DNA of 64,000 nucleotides, from positions 2,465 through 66,464 of the forward strand of contig JAXGPE010000007.1 of assembly GCA_040767105.1 (NCBI GenBank). Direction: 5' to 3'. The stretch comes from Peptococcaceae bacterium. Its GTDB lineage: Bacteria > Bacillota > Peptococcia > DRI-13 > PHAD01. A program made the position numbers and the translations under genes. Shown here piece after piece: positions 40,325 to 50,985 of the stretch (position 1 is its first letter; the number at the start of each line of letters is the position of its first letter). Under the pieces are notes generated by a model, which saw only the letters and a program-made list of their open reading frames with translations, searched no databases and was not told where the DNA came from.

Positions 40325-42060
40325 TCAAGCGATTTGTTGATGATTTAGGACATCAAAAAGAGCTTCGGCCTTGTCCAGCTCATTGAAGGCCTTATCAAAC
40401 TGACCCATGCTATTATAGGCTTTTGCGATCTCAGTGATTATAGCCGGTACTGCCGGGGTATCCGGCGCTACTTCTACTGCCTCCCGCAGCTGGATCAAGG
40501 CTTCAGGCCACAATCCCAGAGACATAAAAGCATATCCTCTTTCGATACGCAGACGCTGAACACGGATCTTATCCGTGATCTTCGTTAAATCATCTTTACC
40601 CTTGGCAAGAGCTTTATAACTACTAAATACGCATCAAGTACTTTTTCAATGGTGAAATAATTCAGAGCCCGTTGGCGAGCTTCCTCGCCAAGGTTGATTC
40701 TCATCTGCGGATTTTCTAAAAGCCTTATAACTTCTTTTGCAAGCTCTTCCGGCTTGTTAGGCTGGATAAGTATCCCTGTTTCACCGAGCGCTTCGCTTAT
40801 GCCGCCAACATCAGTGGCAACGACAGGCTTCCCTGTCATCATAGCTTCTACAACGGAATAAGGGAACGCCTCAGTTATACTTGAAAGGCAACTACATCTC
40901 CACTGCGATAGGCCGCAGGTATATCCTCAGTGTGTCCAGCGAAAATAAAATTTTCTTGCAGTTCTTTTTCCTGGACCAGTTTCTGACACTCTGCGAAATA
41001 CTCAGGTACTGCTACCGAACCATACACAATAAAACGCACATCTTTTATTCTGCTGCGTACAATATCCGCAGCACGGATCAATGTGACTATATCTTTACCG
41101 GATCTATACGAGCTACAGTAATAACAGTAGGGAATTTGTTCGAAATACTTCTTGGAGGTGGAGTAATACCTCCTTATTAACTCCGTTATAAATAACTTTT
41201 ATCGCTTCTTGCTTTACTCCAAGATTTTTCTCCCAGCGTGGATTATAATTGCATACAGGTGAAACTTGGTCTGCGAAGTGGGAATTTAGCTGCGTGATCG
41301 AGTTTATCATTCGCACTAAAAAAGTGTTAAGAAAAGAAGGATAGCCCCTTTTAGACAAGGAAAGATATTGCTCGCGCAGGTAAACTCCATGTTCGGTCAA
41401 AAGAAAAGGTGTTTTATTTTGTATTTTTGCCAGCACACAGGGGATCCCGCAAAATGCCGCCGCGGCAGAGTGCGAGACATTTACCCTTGGTATAGGCGTA
41501 TTAAGAATTATCAGAAAGCGATATATCCAGCCCATGCTCTGGATCATCGCCCAGACATTGGGTTCACTTATCTGATTGCTTTTTTCAGAAGAGAAGGCCA
41601 TGAGCATTTTTTTATATATTTCCCATGTGTCTTCAGCCTTGAAGCTTTTTTTATAATCGTATTCCTGAAAATACTCATGCATATTCGTAAGAGTATTTCC
41701 AAATCTTACCGCATTTTTTTCAGTACTTACTAATTCTTCGATCAGGTCTAAAAATAAGGGCAAAAACTCGCGCCGTACTACCTGATCATTTGTTTGCCGC
41801 TTAGCGATATAAACCTGAGAAAAAGGTGTAGTCAAGTGTTCGCTTGGTTCTTCAGTTCCCCAAAGCGGTACGGTTATAAGGCTTGAAGTTAAAGGAAGAT
41901 TAAATTTCCTCGTGACAAATGGATTCATGATAATGCTATATACAACATACTCAATGTCTGTAAGATTATGTACAAGCTGATCACACCAAGTGCTGACTCC
42001 GCCTTGATGATATGGATATGTCCCTTCAGTTGTGAGCATCACCCTGATTTTATCTTCCAT
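40325..42060 (-). CDS. pelF: PelF-like GT4 glycosyltransferase (DUF3492 plus GT-B) with a fused C-terminal TPR region; several frameshifts
   Basis: TEGTYPYHQGGVSTW, LTEHGVYLREQY, VIYNGV, EAFPYSVVEAMMTGKPVVATDVGG; a shift near 40620 leads into SYKALAKGK...RGYAFMSLGLWPEAL...AKAYNSMGQFDKA. Confidence 0.85.
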
Positions 42061-42338
42061 TTGCAGGTCACCTTTGCTTGTTTGGTCGGCATTAAAAACA
42101 CAGTGCATTTTTACCAGACAATTAAGAATAAAATGTATAGCATTTTTCTATTAATACATTATAATTAGTGATACGTGACTAAAATGAATTGTTAAATATC
42201 ATTTAAAATTTATTTTAACATTTATTTACTTTTTATTCAAATATATCTTTGTTTTTCAACTCATTATTAGATAATCTTATATTATTCTCTAAATTTTTTA
42301 ATAAAATTAATGTTATTTAATTTTTAAGGAGGATTTTT

Positions 42339-43208
42339 ATGTCTGATTATGTTATATTAACAGATTCTTCCTGCGATCTTCCCCGAAGCTTTATAGATCA
42401 ATATCAGGTGCCTTTCGTCAGTCTGGTATGTAATTTCCGTGGTAAAGAATGGGTCGATGATTTTGGAAAAACTTTGGATTATAAAGAGTTTTATTCTGCC
42501 TTAAGACAAGGAGAAATGTCGAGTACTTCTCAGGTAAATGTCCAAACCTATCTGGATAAATTTAATGAATTCACAAAGCAAAACAAACCGATAATATATA
42601 TTGGTTTTTCTTCCGCCTTAAGCGGAAGTGTTTCAAGCGCCTATACCGCACAAAAAATCTTTTCAGAACAGAATCCTCATGCGGATATAACAATTATCGA
42701 CAGTAAAAGTGCCTCTCTCGGTCAAGGACTTTTAGTATACTACGCTTACGCTATGCAAAAAAATGGTACAAGTAAAGAAGATTTGATTGGATGGCTTGAA
42801 AATACTAAACTAAAAATCAATCACTGGTTCACGGTTGATTCCCTTGATCATCTGAAACGCGGAGGGCGTATTTCAGGAACTGCCGCCTTTATCGGTAATA
42901 TACTAAACATCAAACCTATCTTAAATGTAAATGACAGCGGCGGACTAGTTGCAGCATTCAAAGCTAAGGGTCGTAAAAAAGCTCTGCAAAAAATAGCAGA
43001 CATGCTTGAGGAAAACATCATTGATCCTGAAGAACAGGTCATTGCAATAAGTCACGGCGATTGTCTGGACGAAGTCGAATATCTTGTCAGTCTCATTAAG
43101 GCAAAATATACCTTCAAGGATATAATAATCAACCATGTTGGTCCTGTTATCGGCTCCCATTCAGGCCCAGGCACTATTGCCCTCTTCTTTATAGGTGAGA
43201 AAAGATAG
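42339..43208 (+). CDS. DegV family fatty-acid-binding protein
   Basis: TDSSCDL, STSQV, SSALSGS, DSKSASLGQG, HLKRGGRIS, IGSHSGPG. Confidence 0.95.
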   Translation: MSDYVILTDSSCDLPRSFIDQYQVPFVSLVCNFRGKEWVDDFGKTLDYKEFYSALRQGEMSSTSQVNVQTYLDKFNEFTKQNKPIIYIGFSSALSGSVSSAYTAQKIFSEQNPHADITIIDSKSASLGQGLLVYYAYAMQKNGTSKEDLIGWLENTKLKINHWFTVDSLDHLKRGGRISGTAAFIGNILNIKPILNVNDSGGLVAAFKAKGRKKALQKIADMLEENIIDPEEQVIAISHGDCLDEVEYLVSLIKAKYTFKDIIINHVGPVIGSHSGPGTIALFFIGEKR

Positions 43209-43278
43209 CTCTGCAGAAAACTCATATATAAGTGCTTAAACTATTTATATTAAATAATTTTGAACCTTGGGGATAAAT

Positions 43279-43305
43279 AAAGCAGTTCTCTAATAGAACT
43301 GCTTT
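43279..43305. terminator. Bidirectional terminator between DegV and the ABC operon
   Basis: AAAGCAGTTCT-CTAAT-AGAACTGCTTT between convergent genes. Confidence 0.75.
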
Positions 43306-44101
43306 ATTTATCCCCAAACATTTCTTCAAGTAATTTCTTTTTATAAAAAATAAACCTTTCATCAGTCAAAACACTTCTATCACGCGGGCGCTTGATGTCG
43401 ACCTTCAATTCTGAACGAACAGCTGCCGGTCTTGGAGAAAAAACATATATCCTATCTGATAAAAGGATCGCTTCTTCGATGTCGTGAGTTATAAAAAGTA
43501 TCGTAAATTTATATTTTGTAAACCTTTTAATAAACCATCTGTGCATCTCACTTTTTGTATATGCATCGAGGGCACCAAATGGTTCATCCAAGAGCAGCAG
43601 CTCTTTTTCTGCAAGGATTGTTCTGGCAAAAGCTACTCTTTGCCGCATACCACCCGAAAGTTCCTGCGGATAACTCATGGCAAACTTTTCTAATTCAAGT
43701 TCCTCGAGCATTCCTAAGGCCAGTTTGCGAGCTTTGGTCGCCGGGATACGGTTTACTTCAAGCGCAAGCATACAATTTGAAAGCACCGTTCGCCACGGTA
43801 AAAGCATATCTTTTTGCAGCATGTACGCGGTATGTCCTTTTTGTCCGGTTACTTCTTGGCCATTGAGCAAGATCCTGCCACTATCAGGTTTCTCTAAACC
43901 ACTGATCAAATTGAACAGTGTCGTTTTTCCACAGCCGCTTGGTCCTATAATACTGACAAATTCTCCAAAGCTAGCTTCGAGTGAAATTTTCTCGAGCGTG
44001 GAGATATTTTCTATTGATACCGAAGGTTTATTCTTAATTACATATGTTTTGGATATGTTTTTGATTTCCAAATATTTATACCCGATATCAGATAGCATCA
44101 C
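43304..44101 (-). CDS. ABC transporter ATPase (thiamine/HMP precursor, ThiZ-like)
   Basis: GPSGCGKTT, LSGGMRQR, LLLDEPFGALD; TPP-riboswitch operon. Confidence 0.9.
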   Translation of the reverse strand: MMLSDIGYKYLEIKNISKTYVIKNKPSVSIENISTLEKISLEASFGEFVSIIGPSGCGKTTLFNLISGLEKPDSGRILLNGQEVTGQKGHTAYMLQKDMLLPWRTVLSNCMLALEVNRIPATKARKLALGMLEELELEKFAMSYPQELSGGMRQRVAFARTILAEKELLLLDEPFGALDAYTKSEMHRWFIKRFTKYKFTILFITHDIEEAILLSDRIYVFSPRPAAVRSELKVDIKRPRDRSVLTDERFIFYKKKLLEEMFGDK

Positions 44102-44119
44102 ATTCTCCTCTTTCTAAGT

Positions 44120-45127
44120 TTACTTTTCCGGCAAATAATCGTTAGTAAAAGCTTTTGAAGTTTCTATCTGTGTTTCTAATAAACCTTCTCTGAACATCCA
44201 TTCCGCATAGTTTCTCCATACTTCACTTCTTTGCCATCCCCACTGCGGGGCATCTTCGCAATACTTATCAGCAAGCCATTTCTGACTTGCATAAACCAAT
44301 TCTTCATCAAGTTCCGGAGCATACTTAAGAAGTATTTCTCCTGCTTCTTGCGGATGTTCGATAGTGTAATCATATCCCTTGGAGACTGCAGCAATAAATT
44401 TTCTAACTAGTTCGGGGTCGTTGGCGATTAAGTTTTCAGCAGTTATTATTGTCGGTGTGTAATAATCCATAAAATCTGCATATTCTCTTAGCATAAGCAG
44501 ATTCATCTTTTTCTTTTCGAGTTCAGCACGAATTCCGTCCCATCCATAAAAAATCCAGGCAAAATCAATATCCTTGCCAATGACTGAAAAAAAATCTGCA
44601 GTTCCAATATCTATCTGACGAACGCTCTTAGGATCAGCCCCATCCTGTTTCATCAGTGCGCTGATCGCAGCAGTTTCCATCGGAGATCCCCAGCCTCCAT
44701 AACGCTTATTCTCCAAGTCTCGCGGCCTATCGATCCCGCTCTCCGGGAGCGAGGCAAAACCAGATGTGTTATGTTGGATCACTGCAGCTAAAGAAACAAG
44801 CGGTATTCCTTGTGCCCGGGCATTTGTTACTTGTTCCTGATAACTCACTCCAAAATCAAGCTTGCCACTGGCAATTAGTTGGGCTGGACCAGGATCACCC
44901 ATTTCCAATATTTCGACTATTAATCCTTGTTCCTCATAATATCCTTTTTCCAGGGCAACATATAATCCCGTATGATTTGTGTTTATGCTCCAATCAAGCA
45001 TTATTGCTGTTTTTATTTTCCCATCCGCTTCTTCCATGCTCTGTTTCTTTTCGGAGATACATCCGGCGGAACAAGTGATAATAATAGAAATAATTACTAT
45101 CTTCATAACAATCTTGAAGCTTTTCAT
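44120..45127 (-). CDS. ABC substrate-binding lipoprotein, NMT1/THI5 (ThiY-like)
   Basis: Lipobox SAGC; LDWSINTNHTGLYVA; QHNTSGF; WIFYGWDG; DYYTP. Confidence 0.9.
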   Translation of the reverse strand: MKSFKIVMKIVIISIIITCSAGCISEKKQSMEEADGKIKTAIMLDWSINTNHTGLYVALEKGYYEEQGLIVEILEMGDPGPAQLIASGKLDFGVSYQEQVTNARAQGIPLVSLAAVIQHNTSGFASLPESGIDRPRDLENKRYGGWGSPMETAAISALMKQDGADPKSVRQIDIGTADFFSVIGKDIDFAWIFYGWDGIRAELEKKKMNLLMLREYADFMDYYTPTIITAENLIANDPELVRKFIAAVSKGYDYTIEHPQEAGEILLKYAPELDEELVYASQKWLADKYCEDAPQWGWQRSEVWRNYAEWMFREGLLETQIETSKAFTNDYLPEK

Positions 45128-45149
45128 AAAATAATCTCCTCTCGTTTGA

Positions 45150-45958
45150 TTAATCGTCACTATTATTTTTGGTCATGATTTCGTCTTCCATCGGATTTTT
45201 CGATGATGAATAACGATATTGCCAAGGCATGACCAATCTTGAGATAACCTCCACAGCAGCAAAGACGAGCAGACTTAAGACAGAGATAACAAGGATCGCA
45301 GCAAATACCCTTTCCGTCCTAAAAGAATGCATCGATCTCATAAGATATATGCCTAATCCCTTTGATGCCCCGAGCCACTCGGCAATTACAGCTCCCATGA
45401 TACTGTATGCAGCAGATATTTTGATCCCGGCAAAAAGTGCTGGGATGACTGCCGGCAGCCTTACTTTGCGCAAGATTTGTGATTCGCTTGCTCCCATTGC
45501 CTGCAACAATTTAATTACGTCGGGATCGACCTTCGCCATGCCTTCAACAAGACTGACCGTAACAGGAAAGAAGCAAACCAATCCAACAACAACTATTTTG
45601 GGCAACAGACCGTATCCAAACCATATTATAAGGATCGGGGCCATTGCCATTACCGGGATTGTTTGGCTGATGATGACGAATGGATAAAGTGCTTCCTTTA
45701 CCGAGGAATATCTGGCCATTAGTAACGCAAGGAACAACCCAGCAAAAATTGCGAGTAAAAACCCAGAAAGTGCTTCGATTGCTGTCTGTAATCCATGCGC
45801 AAAAAAGTACTTGTCTGTCCTCAAAAAGAGCGGATAATTTTTTCCGGCTCCGGCAGTATATATGCCTGAATATCAAATACTCCCACGGCTAGCTTCCAAA
45901 TGACCAGAAGCAGAAATGCTGATGCTGCCGGCAAAAAATATTTTCGCATACTATTCAC
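45150..45958 (-). CDS. ABC permease (ThiX-like), 5' part frameshifted
   Basis: SQTIPVMAMAPILIIWFGYG, GAVIAEWLGASKGLG. Confidence 0.88.
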
Positions 45959-45995
45959 TCATTCCGACGATATTTATGGATTTTTTCTGCCATTG

Positions 45996-46250
45996 TCACG
46001 CCTTCTGGTTGTAGTCAATCTTCACGACAGAAAGAACTCTCGTTGCACCTTCTTTAACGCATATGTCCTGAGCTTTTCGGACAATATCCATTAATTGGTC
46101 TAACTCGCCTTCCATGGTTGTCTCCATAGGTCCCACAATGTATTTTACCCCGGATGACCTAATCGCTTCGATGACTTCATCAACGAGTGGATATACTTTT
46201 TCATCAGCTACTATAGGAATAATTTGCAGGCTCAAATTTGCTATCGACAT
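45996..46250 (-). CDS. Thiamine-binding protein (MTH1187/YkoF family)
   Basis: VDEVIEAIRSSGVKYIVGPMETTMEGE; first gene after the TPP riboswitch; C-terminus probably frameshifted. Confidence 0.85.
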   Translation of the reverse strand: MSIANLSLQIIPIVADEKVYPLVDEVIEAIRSSGVKYIVGPMETTMEGELDQLMDIVRKAQDICVKEGATRVLSVVKIDYNQKA

Positions 46251-46329
46251 AATTACCCTCCTCTAGAAATAAGACAAACCGCCCCTATAAAAGGAACGGT
46301 TAAAAATATTGCGCTGCAATCATCTTTTT

Positions 46330-46419
46330 CCAGTTCCCTCCGCTGGTATTACCCATGTCAGGTCTAAGGGTCGGCCCTTTTCGCCCTCTCAGCCGGTTTT
46401 CCACCAGCTCCCCTACTGC
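46330..46419 (-). promoter_or_regulatory. TPP riboswitch
   Basis: GGGGAGC...GCTGAGAG...GACCCTTAGACCTGA...GGGTAATACCAGCGGAGGGAA. Confidence 0.95.
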
Positions 46420-46476
46420 ATTCTTCTTTGATTTATCCCATATTAAGTCATTATTTGCTTTATGTCAATCTGCTTT

Positions 46477-47613
46477 TCATCCAAGCTCTTTTTTGGGGGA
46501 CGCCTCTTCGATTATAGCCTCAACAAAGCTTGCCAGATAGATAAGATCATCAATGCTTATCTCTTCCTCAGTCGTATGCACTTTGTTCATACCTGTAGCC
46601 AGATTTATAGTGACTATCCCTGCCTGATTAAAAAAATGCACATCACTTCCCCCTCCCGTGGAAGAAATCTGAACATTTAGCCCCACTTTTTCTGCAGCTT
46701 TACGTGCCAATTGCACAACCTCTTCATTTTCTCGGACATAAAAGGATGGGTAGGCTCGCTCTATTTCAAGTTCAAGGATCGCCCCAAAATCTTTGCATGC
46801 TTTTTGCATGGCTTCGATCATTTTTTGAGTCTGCAGTTCAAGTTTTAGTTCAGATAGGCTTCTCGCTTCCCCATCAAGAAATACTTCATCGCAAACTATA
46901 TTTGTTGCTTTTCCTCCGGATATGATACCAAAATTCGCTGTCGTATCTTCATCGACACGTAAAAGTTGCATATTCTCTATAGCTCTTGCGGCTACCTGAA
47001 TGGCATTTATGCCTTTTTCCGAGCATATGCCGGCATGAGCGGCTTTTCCTCGAAATATCGCGCGTATATGATTTTGTGCAGGCCCTCTGTTTATAATTAC
47101 TCCAGGGGTACCTCCGGCATCCAGCACATAGCCTATACGTGATCTTAATGCAGAATAATCAATATATTTTGCCCCTAATAGTCCCAGTTCTTCACCAAAA
47201 GTAAATACTATCTCCAAATCACCGTGAGCTCTATTTCTTTCTTTTATGCAAATAATTGCTTCAAGAATTGCCGCGATACCTGACTTATCGTCAGCACCAA
47301 GGATGGTCGTCCCGTTACTTCGGATGAATCCTTCACAAATCTTAGGCTCAATGCCATTGCCTGGCTCAACTGTGTCCATATGCGCACAAAACATCAATGT
47401 TGGTGCGCTCTTGTCATTTCCTTCCAATCTTCCGATCAAATTGCCTGTTTTTACGCTCGCCTTAACAGCGGCCTTATTATCTTCAAACACCGTAAGTCCT
47501 ATTTGCTCCATCTTTTTTTTCAGATAAGCAGCAAAAAGAGCTTCGTTTTTACTTACGCTGCTGATTCGGACCATATCGATAAACCCAGCTACCAAACGCT
47601 CCTGGTTGATCAT
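46477..47613 (-). CDS. M20-family peptidase T-like protein (YqjE-like)
   Basis: AHMDTVEPG, LGADDKSG, EELGLLGA, GKAAHAG, GGGSD, HTTEE. Confidence 0.9.
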   Translation of the reverse strand: MINQERLVAGFIDMVRISSVSKNEALFAAYLKKKMEQIGLTVFEDNKAAVKASVKTGNLIGRLEGNDKSAPTLMFCAHMDTVEPGNGIEPKICEGFIRSNGTTILGADDKSGIAAILEAIICIKERNRAHGDLEIVFTFGEELGLLGAKYIDYSALRSRIGYVLDAGGTPGVIINRGPAQNHIRAIFRGKAAHAGICSEKGINAIQVAARAIENMQLLRVDEDTTANFGIISGGKATNIVCDEVFLDGEARSLSELKLELQTQKMIEAMQKACKDFGAILELEIERAYPSFYVRENEEVVQLARKAAEKVGLNVQISSTGGGSDVHFFNQAGIVTINLATGMNKVHTTEEEISIDDLIYLASFVEAIIEEASPKKELG

Positions 47614-47680
47614 CTGTATGCCTCCTTCAAGGGATATACGAACAATATATCATGAATTATTTAATATAGGTATAATGTTA

Positions 47681-47710
47681 TTGACAAACATTGCACTTTT
47701 TTAATATAAT
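47681..47710 (+). promoter_or_regulatory. SigA promoter for the aroF-pheA leader
   Basis: TTGACA-18 nt-TATAAT. Confidence 0.75.
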
Positions 47711-47727
47711 ACGTATTAATTATAAAT

Positions 47728-48125
47728 AAAAAAGTAATGCGGAAGAAAAGTAAATCGTTGATGAGTCTTCAGGGAAAAAGTGACGCGACTGTGAGCACTT
47801 TTGGCTATAGGCGATCGAAGTTCCCTTCCAAACTGCAAGGGTCAAAGCTGTTATGCTAGCCCGCGCCGGAAGCTTCTACCGTTAAAAAGAAGGGGTATTG
47901 GATTATCTGTACCTTAGCTCATGAGTGGATAGAATCTGTTGTATCTATCAACAAGGGTGGTATCGCGGAAGATGACTTCCGTCCCTCGGGGCGGGGGTTT
48001 TTTGTTTCAAGAGAGATCCTGTACCTATTGAGTGGATGCATAATAATCATAATATGCATCAAGTAGGGTGGTATCGCGGAACCCATAGTTTCGTCCCAGT
48101 ATGGACGACTATGGGTTTTTTTATA
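47728..48125 (+). promoter_or_regulatory. T-box riboswitch (probably Phe) with a second tandem antiterminator/terminator
   Basis: Stem I with ACTGTGAG and GAAG-TTC specifier; AGGGTGGTATCGCGGAA at about 47954 and about 48065, each followed by a terminator hairpin and U-tract. Confidence 0.88.
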
Positions 48126-48149
48126 TTATATTTTAAGGGGGATAAGCTT

Positions 48150-49159
48150 ATGATCGTTGTGTTAAATAATTCCGAGGACGAAAGAAATCTTCAAAGAGTT
48201 ATAAAATTATTGAATGACAAAGGTTTTGTAACTGAAATCGTACGTGGCACGGAAAAAACAATCGTTGGAGCTGTAGGGGACAAATCCAGACTTATCGATA
48301 TTCCAATCGAATCTCTTGAGGGCGTTGAAAAAGTAATTCCGATTCTCGCTCCTTACAAACTGGCCAGCCGGGAGTTCAAGCCTCACGATACCGTGGTACA
48401 GGTGGGTGATCTATACATAGGTTCAACAGAGATCATTGTTATGGCTGGTCCTTGTGCAGTTGAAAACAGGGAGCAATTGCTCGAAAGTGCTAGAATAGTT
48501 AAAAAGTCCGGGGCAAAAATATTACGTGGAGGTGCATTTAAACCACGTTCTTCGCCTTATTCCTTCAAGGGCTTGAGAAAAAGGGTTGGAGTATCTGGCT
48601 TTAGCCAGAGAAATAACCGGCATGCCAATAATTACGGAGGTAATAGACGCCCGTAGTCTTGAAATGGCTTTGGATTATGCCGATATAATGCAGATCGGCG
48701 CTCGTAATATGCAGAATTATTCACTGCTCCAACAAGTTGCCCAAGCAGGCAAACCAATAGTACTGAAAAGAGGAATATCTGCCTCCATCGAGGAATGGAT
48801 ACTTGCTGCGGAATACATTCTTAAAGAAGGCAACCCTAATGTAATTTTATGTGAACGCGGTATCCGAACTTTCGAAACATATACCCGCAATACACTCGAC
48901 CTATCTGCCATTCCAGCTATCAAACAGTTGACTCATCTTCCGATCATTGTCGACCCGAGTCATTCAACCGGGAAGTGGCGTTGGGTCCAGCCAATGGCGC
49001 TAGGCGCTGTAGCCAGCGGTGCTGACGGTCTACTAATCGAGGTCCATCCCAATCCCGCGGAAGCATTATCGCGATGGACCACAATCACTTAATGCCGAGA
49101 CTTTTGATAAACTGATGCAAAGTCTCGCCCCGGTATCTAGAGCAGTAAACAGGAACTGA
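48150..49159 (+). CDS. aroF: DAHP synthase type I-beta (frameshifted)
   Basis: [55 protein letters not shown]. Confidence 0.93.
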
Positions 49160-49163
49160 TAAT

Positions 49164-50001
49164 ATGAAAACAAATACTATTGCTTATCTCGGTCACTGAA
49201 GGTTCTTTTTGTGAACAAGCGGCGATAGCTCGAAAGAAGGCATTCGGCTCTAAACAAACTTCTCTTGTTGCTTGTACAACCATCCCGGGGATTCTTTATG
49301 CAATTCAGGAAGGCATTTATTCTTTCGGGGTCGTTCCTGCTGAAAATTCAATTGAAGGTTCTGTGCATATCACACTTGATATTCTTGCTCATGAGTTAAA
49401 TTTATATATACAGCAAGAAATCGTTTTGGATATTGAGCATCACCTGATTTCGCACAGCCAAGACCTGCAGCAAATAAAAACTGTTTTGTCACATCCTCAG
49501 GCACTGGCACAATGTCGATCTTTTCTTGAGCAATTTCTGCCTGACGCTGAACTATGTGAAACCTCGAGCACTTCCGAGGCAGCCTCGAAGGTTTCTTCTG
49601 GTGTAAGCGGTTTGGCTGCCATTGCCTCGTGGAATAGCCATATAATCTACAATGTCTCGGTAATTGCAAAAAATATTGGTGATTATAAAAACAATCAGAC
49701 TCGTTTTTTTGTAGTTGGCAGAGAACCTTTTAAAAGTCCCACCACTAAGACTTCGCTCGTGCTGGGGATGAAAAAAGACCGTCCGGGAAGTCTTTATGAA
49801 GCATTGGGGAATTTGCGAAATATAACATTAATTTGACGAGGATCGAATCCCGTCCAGCGAAAAAAGAACTGGGCAATTATATTTTTTATTGATTGTGAAG
49901 CAGGAGAAAGTGATCAGAATTTAAAACAGGTCATGTGTAATCTTTCAGGTAAAACGATCCTTCTTCGTTCGCTAGGATCATACGGAGTCATTCATGGCTA
50001 A
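49164..50001 (+). CDS. pheA: Prephenate dehydratase (frameshifted)
   Basis: IAYLG, VVPAENSIEGSV, SHPQALAQC, NQTRF, DRPGSL, INLTRIESRP. Confidence 0.92.
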
Positions 50002-50859
50002 ATCTAGAAAAGCTTTAGCCGCATAACTCATATAGCTCCCACATAGAGTAGTTGCATATAGTTGACGAGATATTGTGTCTTCTTCACTGGATGTGGTCTT
50101 GATTTTTTCAAGCAGGATCGCTTCATTTGCAGCCCATTCTGAAACATAACTTATTCCTAGCCCAGGCAGCGACCATATTAATTATTGCTCTTGTGCTGCC
50201 TATTTCAATTCGGGGATTACTCTGGTGATCCCAACTCTTTTTTCAGGTAATCTTCCACAGCTTTTTCTTGTCCCTGAGCCTGCTTCCCTCAAAATGAGCC
50301 TCTTAACAGGGAAATGATCCCAGTTTATTTCCGTTGTCTCATTTGGAGGAAGTATCAAAACCAGCTTGTCTTTACGAAATAGCTTTGCTTCAAATATAGG
50401 TTCATTTGACAGGATACTTACAAAACCAATATGGATCTTTCTGTTCTTTAAGTCTTCCAATATCTCTCCTGAAGCAGCTATTTTTAGGTCAACCCTTATC
50501 TGAGGATACTTTGCTTTGAATCTCTTCAATAACTCTGGCAATATATATTCTCCCGGCAGCGTGCCGGCGCCTAAACACAAGCAGCCTTTGTGTAATCCTT
50601 TCAACTCATCCATATCCTCAATAGCTCTATCATATGCTGCAAGTATATCTTTTGCTGTGGTATAAAATATTTTCCCTGCGTCAGTTAATATGATTTCTTT
50701 GTCCTTGCGTTCAACAAGTTTTGCCTGTAAGCTGTCTTCCAAATTCTTGATTTGAATGCTCAGTGCAGGTTGTGACTGGTACAATGCTTCCGCCGCTTTT
50801 GTAAAATTTTTTCTTTCGGCCACCGTGACAAATGCCTTTAAATGCTTCAGACCAATCAT
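49978..50859 (-). CDS. LysR-family transcriptional regulator (CysL-like), 3' frameshifted
   Basis: NFTKAAEALYQSQPALSIQIKNLE, GTLPGEYILP, REAGSGTR; 3' end approximate. Confidence 0.88.
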
Positions 50860-50985
50860 TTTATTTACTCCTAATACTTTTTGCTTCATTATAGCATAGG
50901 ATAAATTTATTTATTTTATACAAAGGAATTTATGTTTTAGAATAGAAAAGTATTTGCTATATACAAACGAAACAGGTGATATCTC

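Noticed and set aside
25468-42100. Polysaccharide operon as a tRNA-anchored genomic island
   Set aside because: No integrase, and I found no repeat of either tRNA 3' end at the far side near 42.1-42.3 kb.
42110-42335. c-di-GMP riboswitch or sporulation promoter upstream of the pelF-like gene
   Set aside because: Very AT-rich; no GEMM-type stems or convincing SigE/SigK consensus. Only a loose GTTAAA...TTTAAC inverted repeat.
48036-48149. Leader peptide or N-terminal extension of AroF (MHNNHNMH...)
   Set aside because: Overlaps the second T-box antiterminator/terminator; the RBS supports ATG at 48150.
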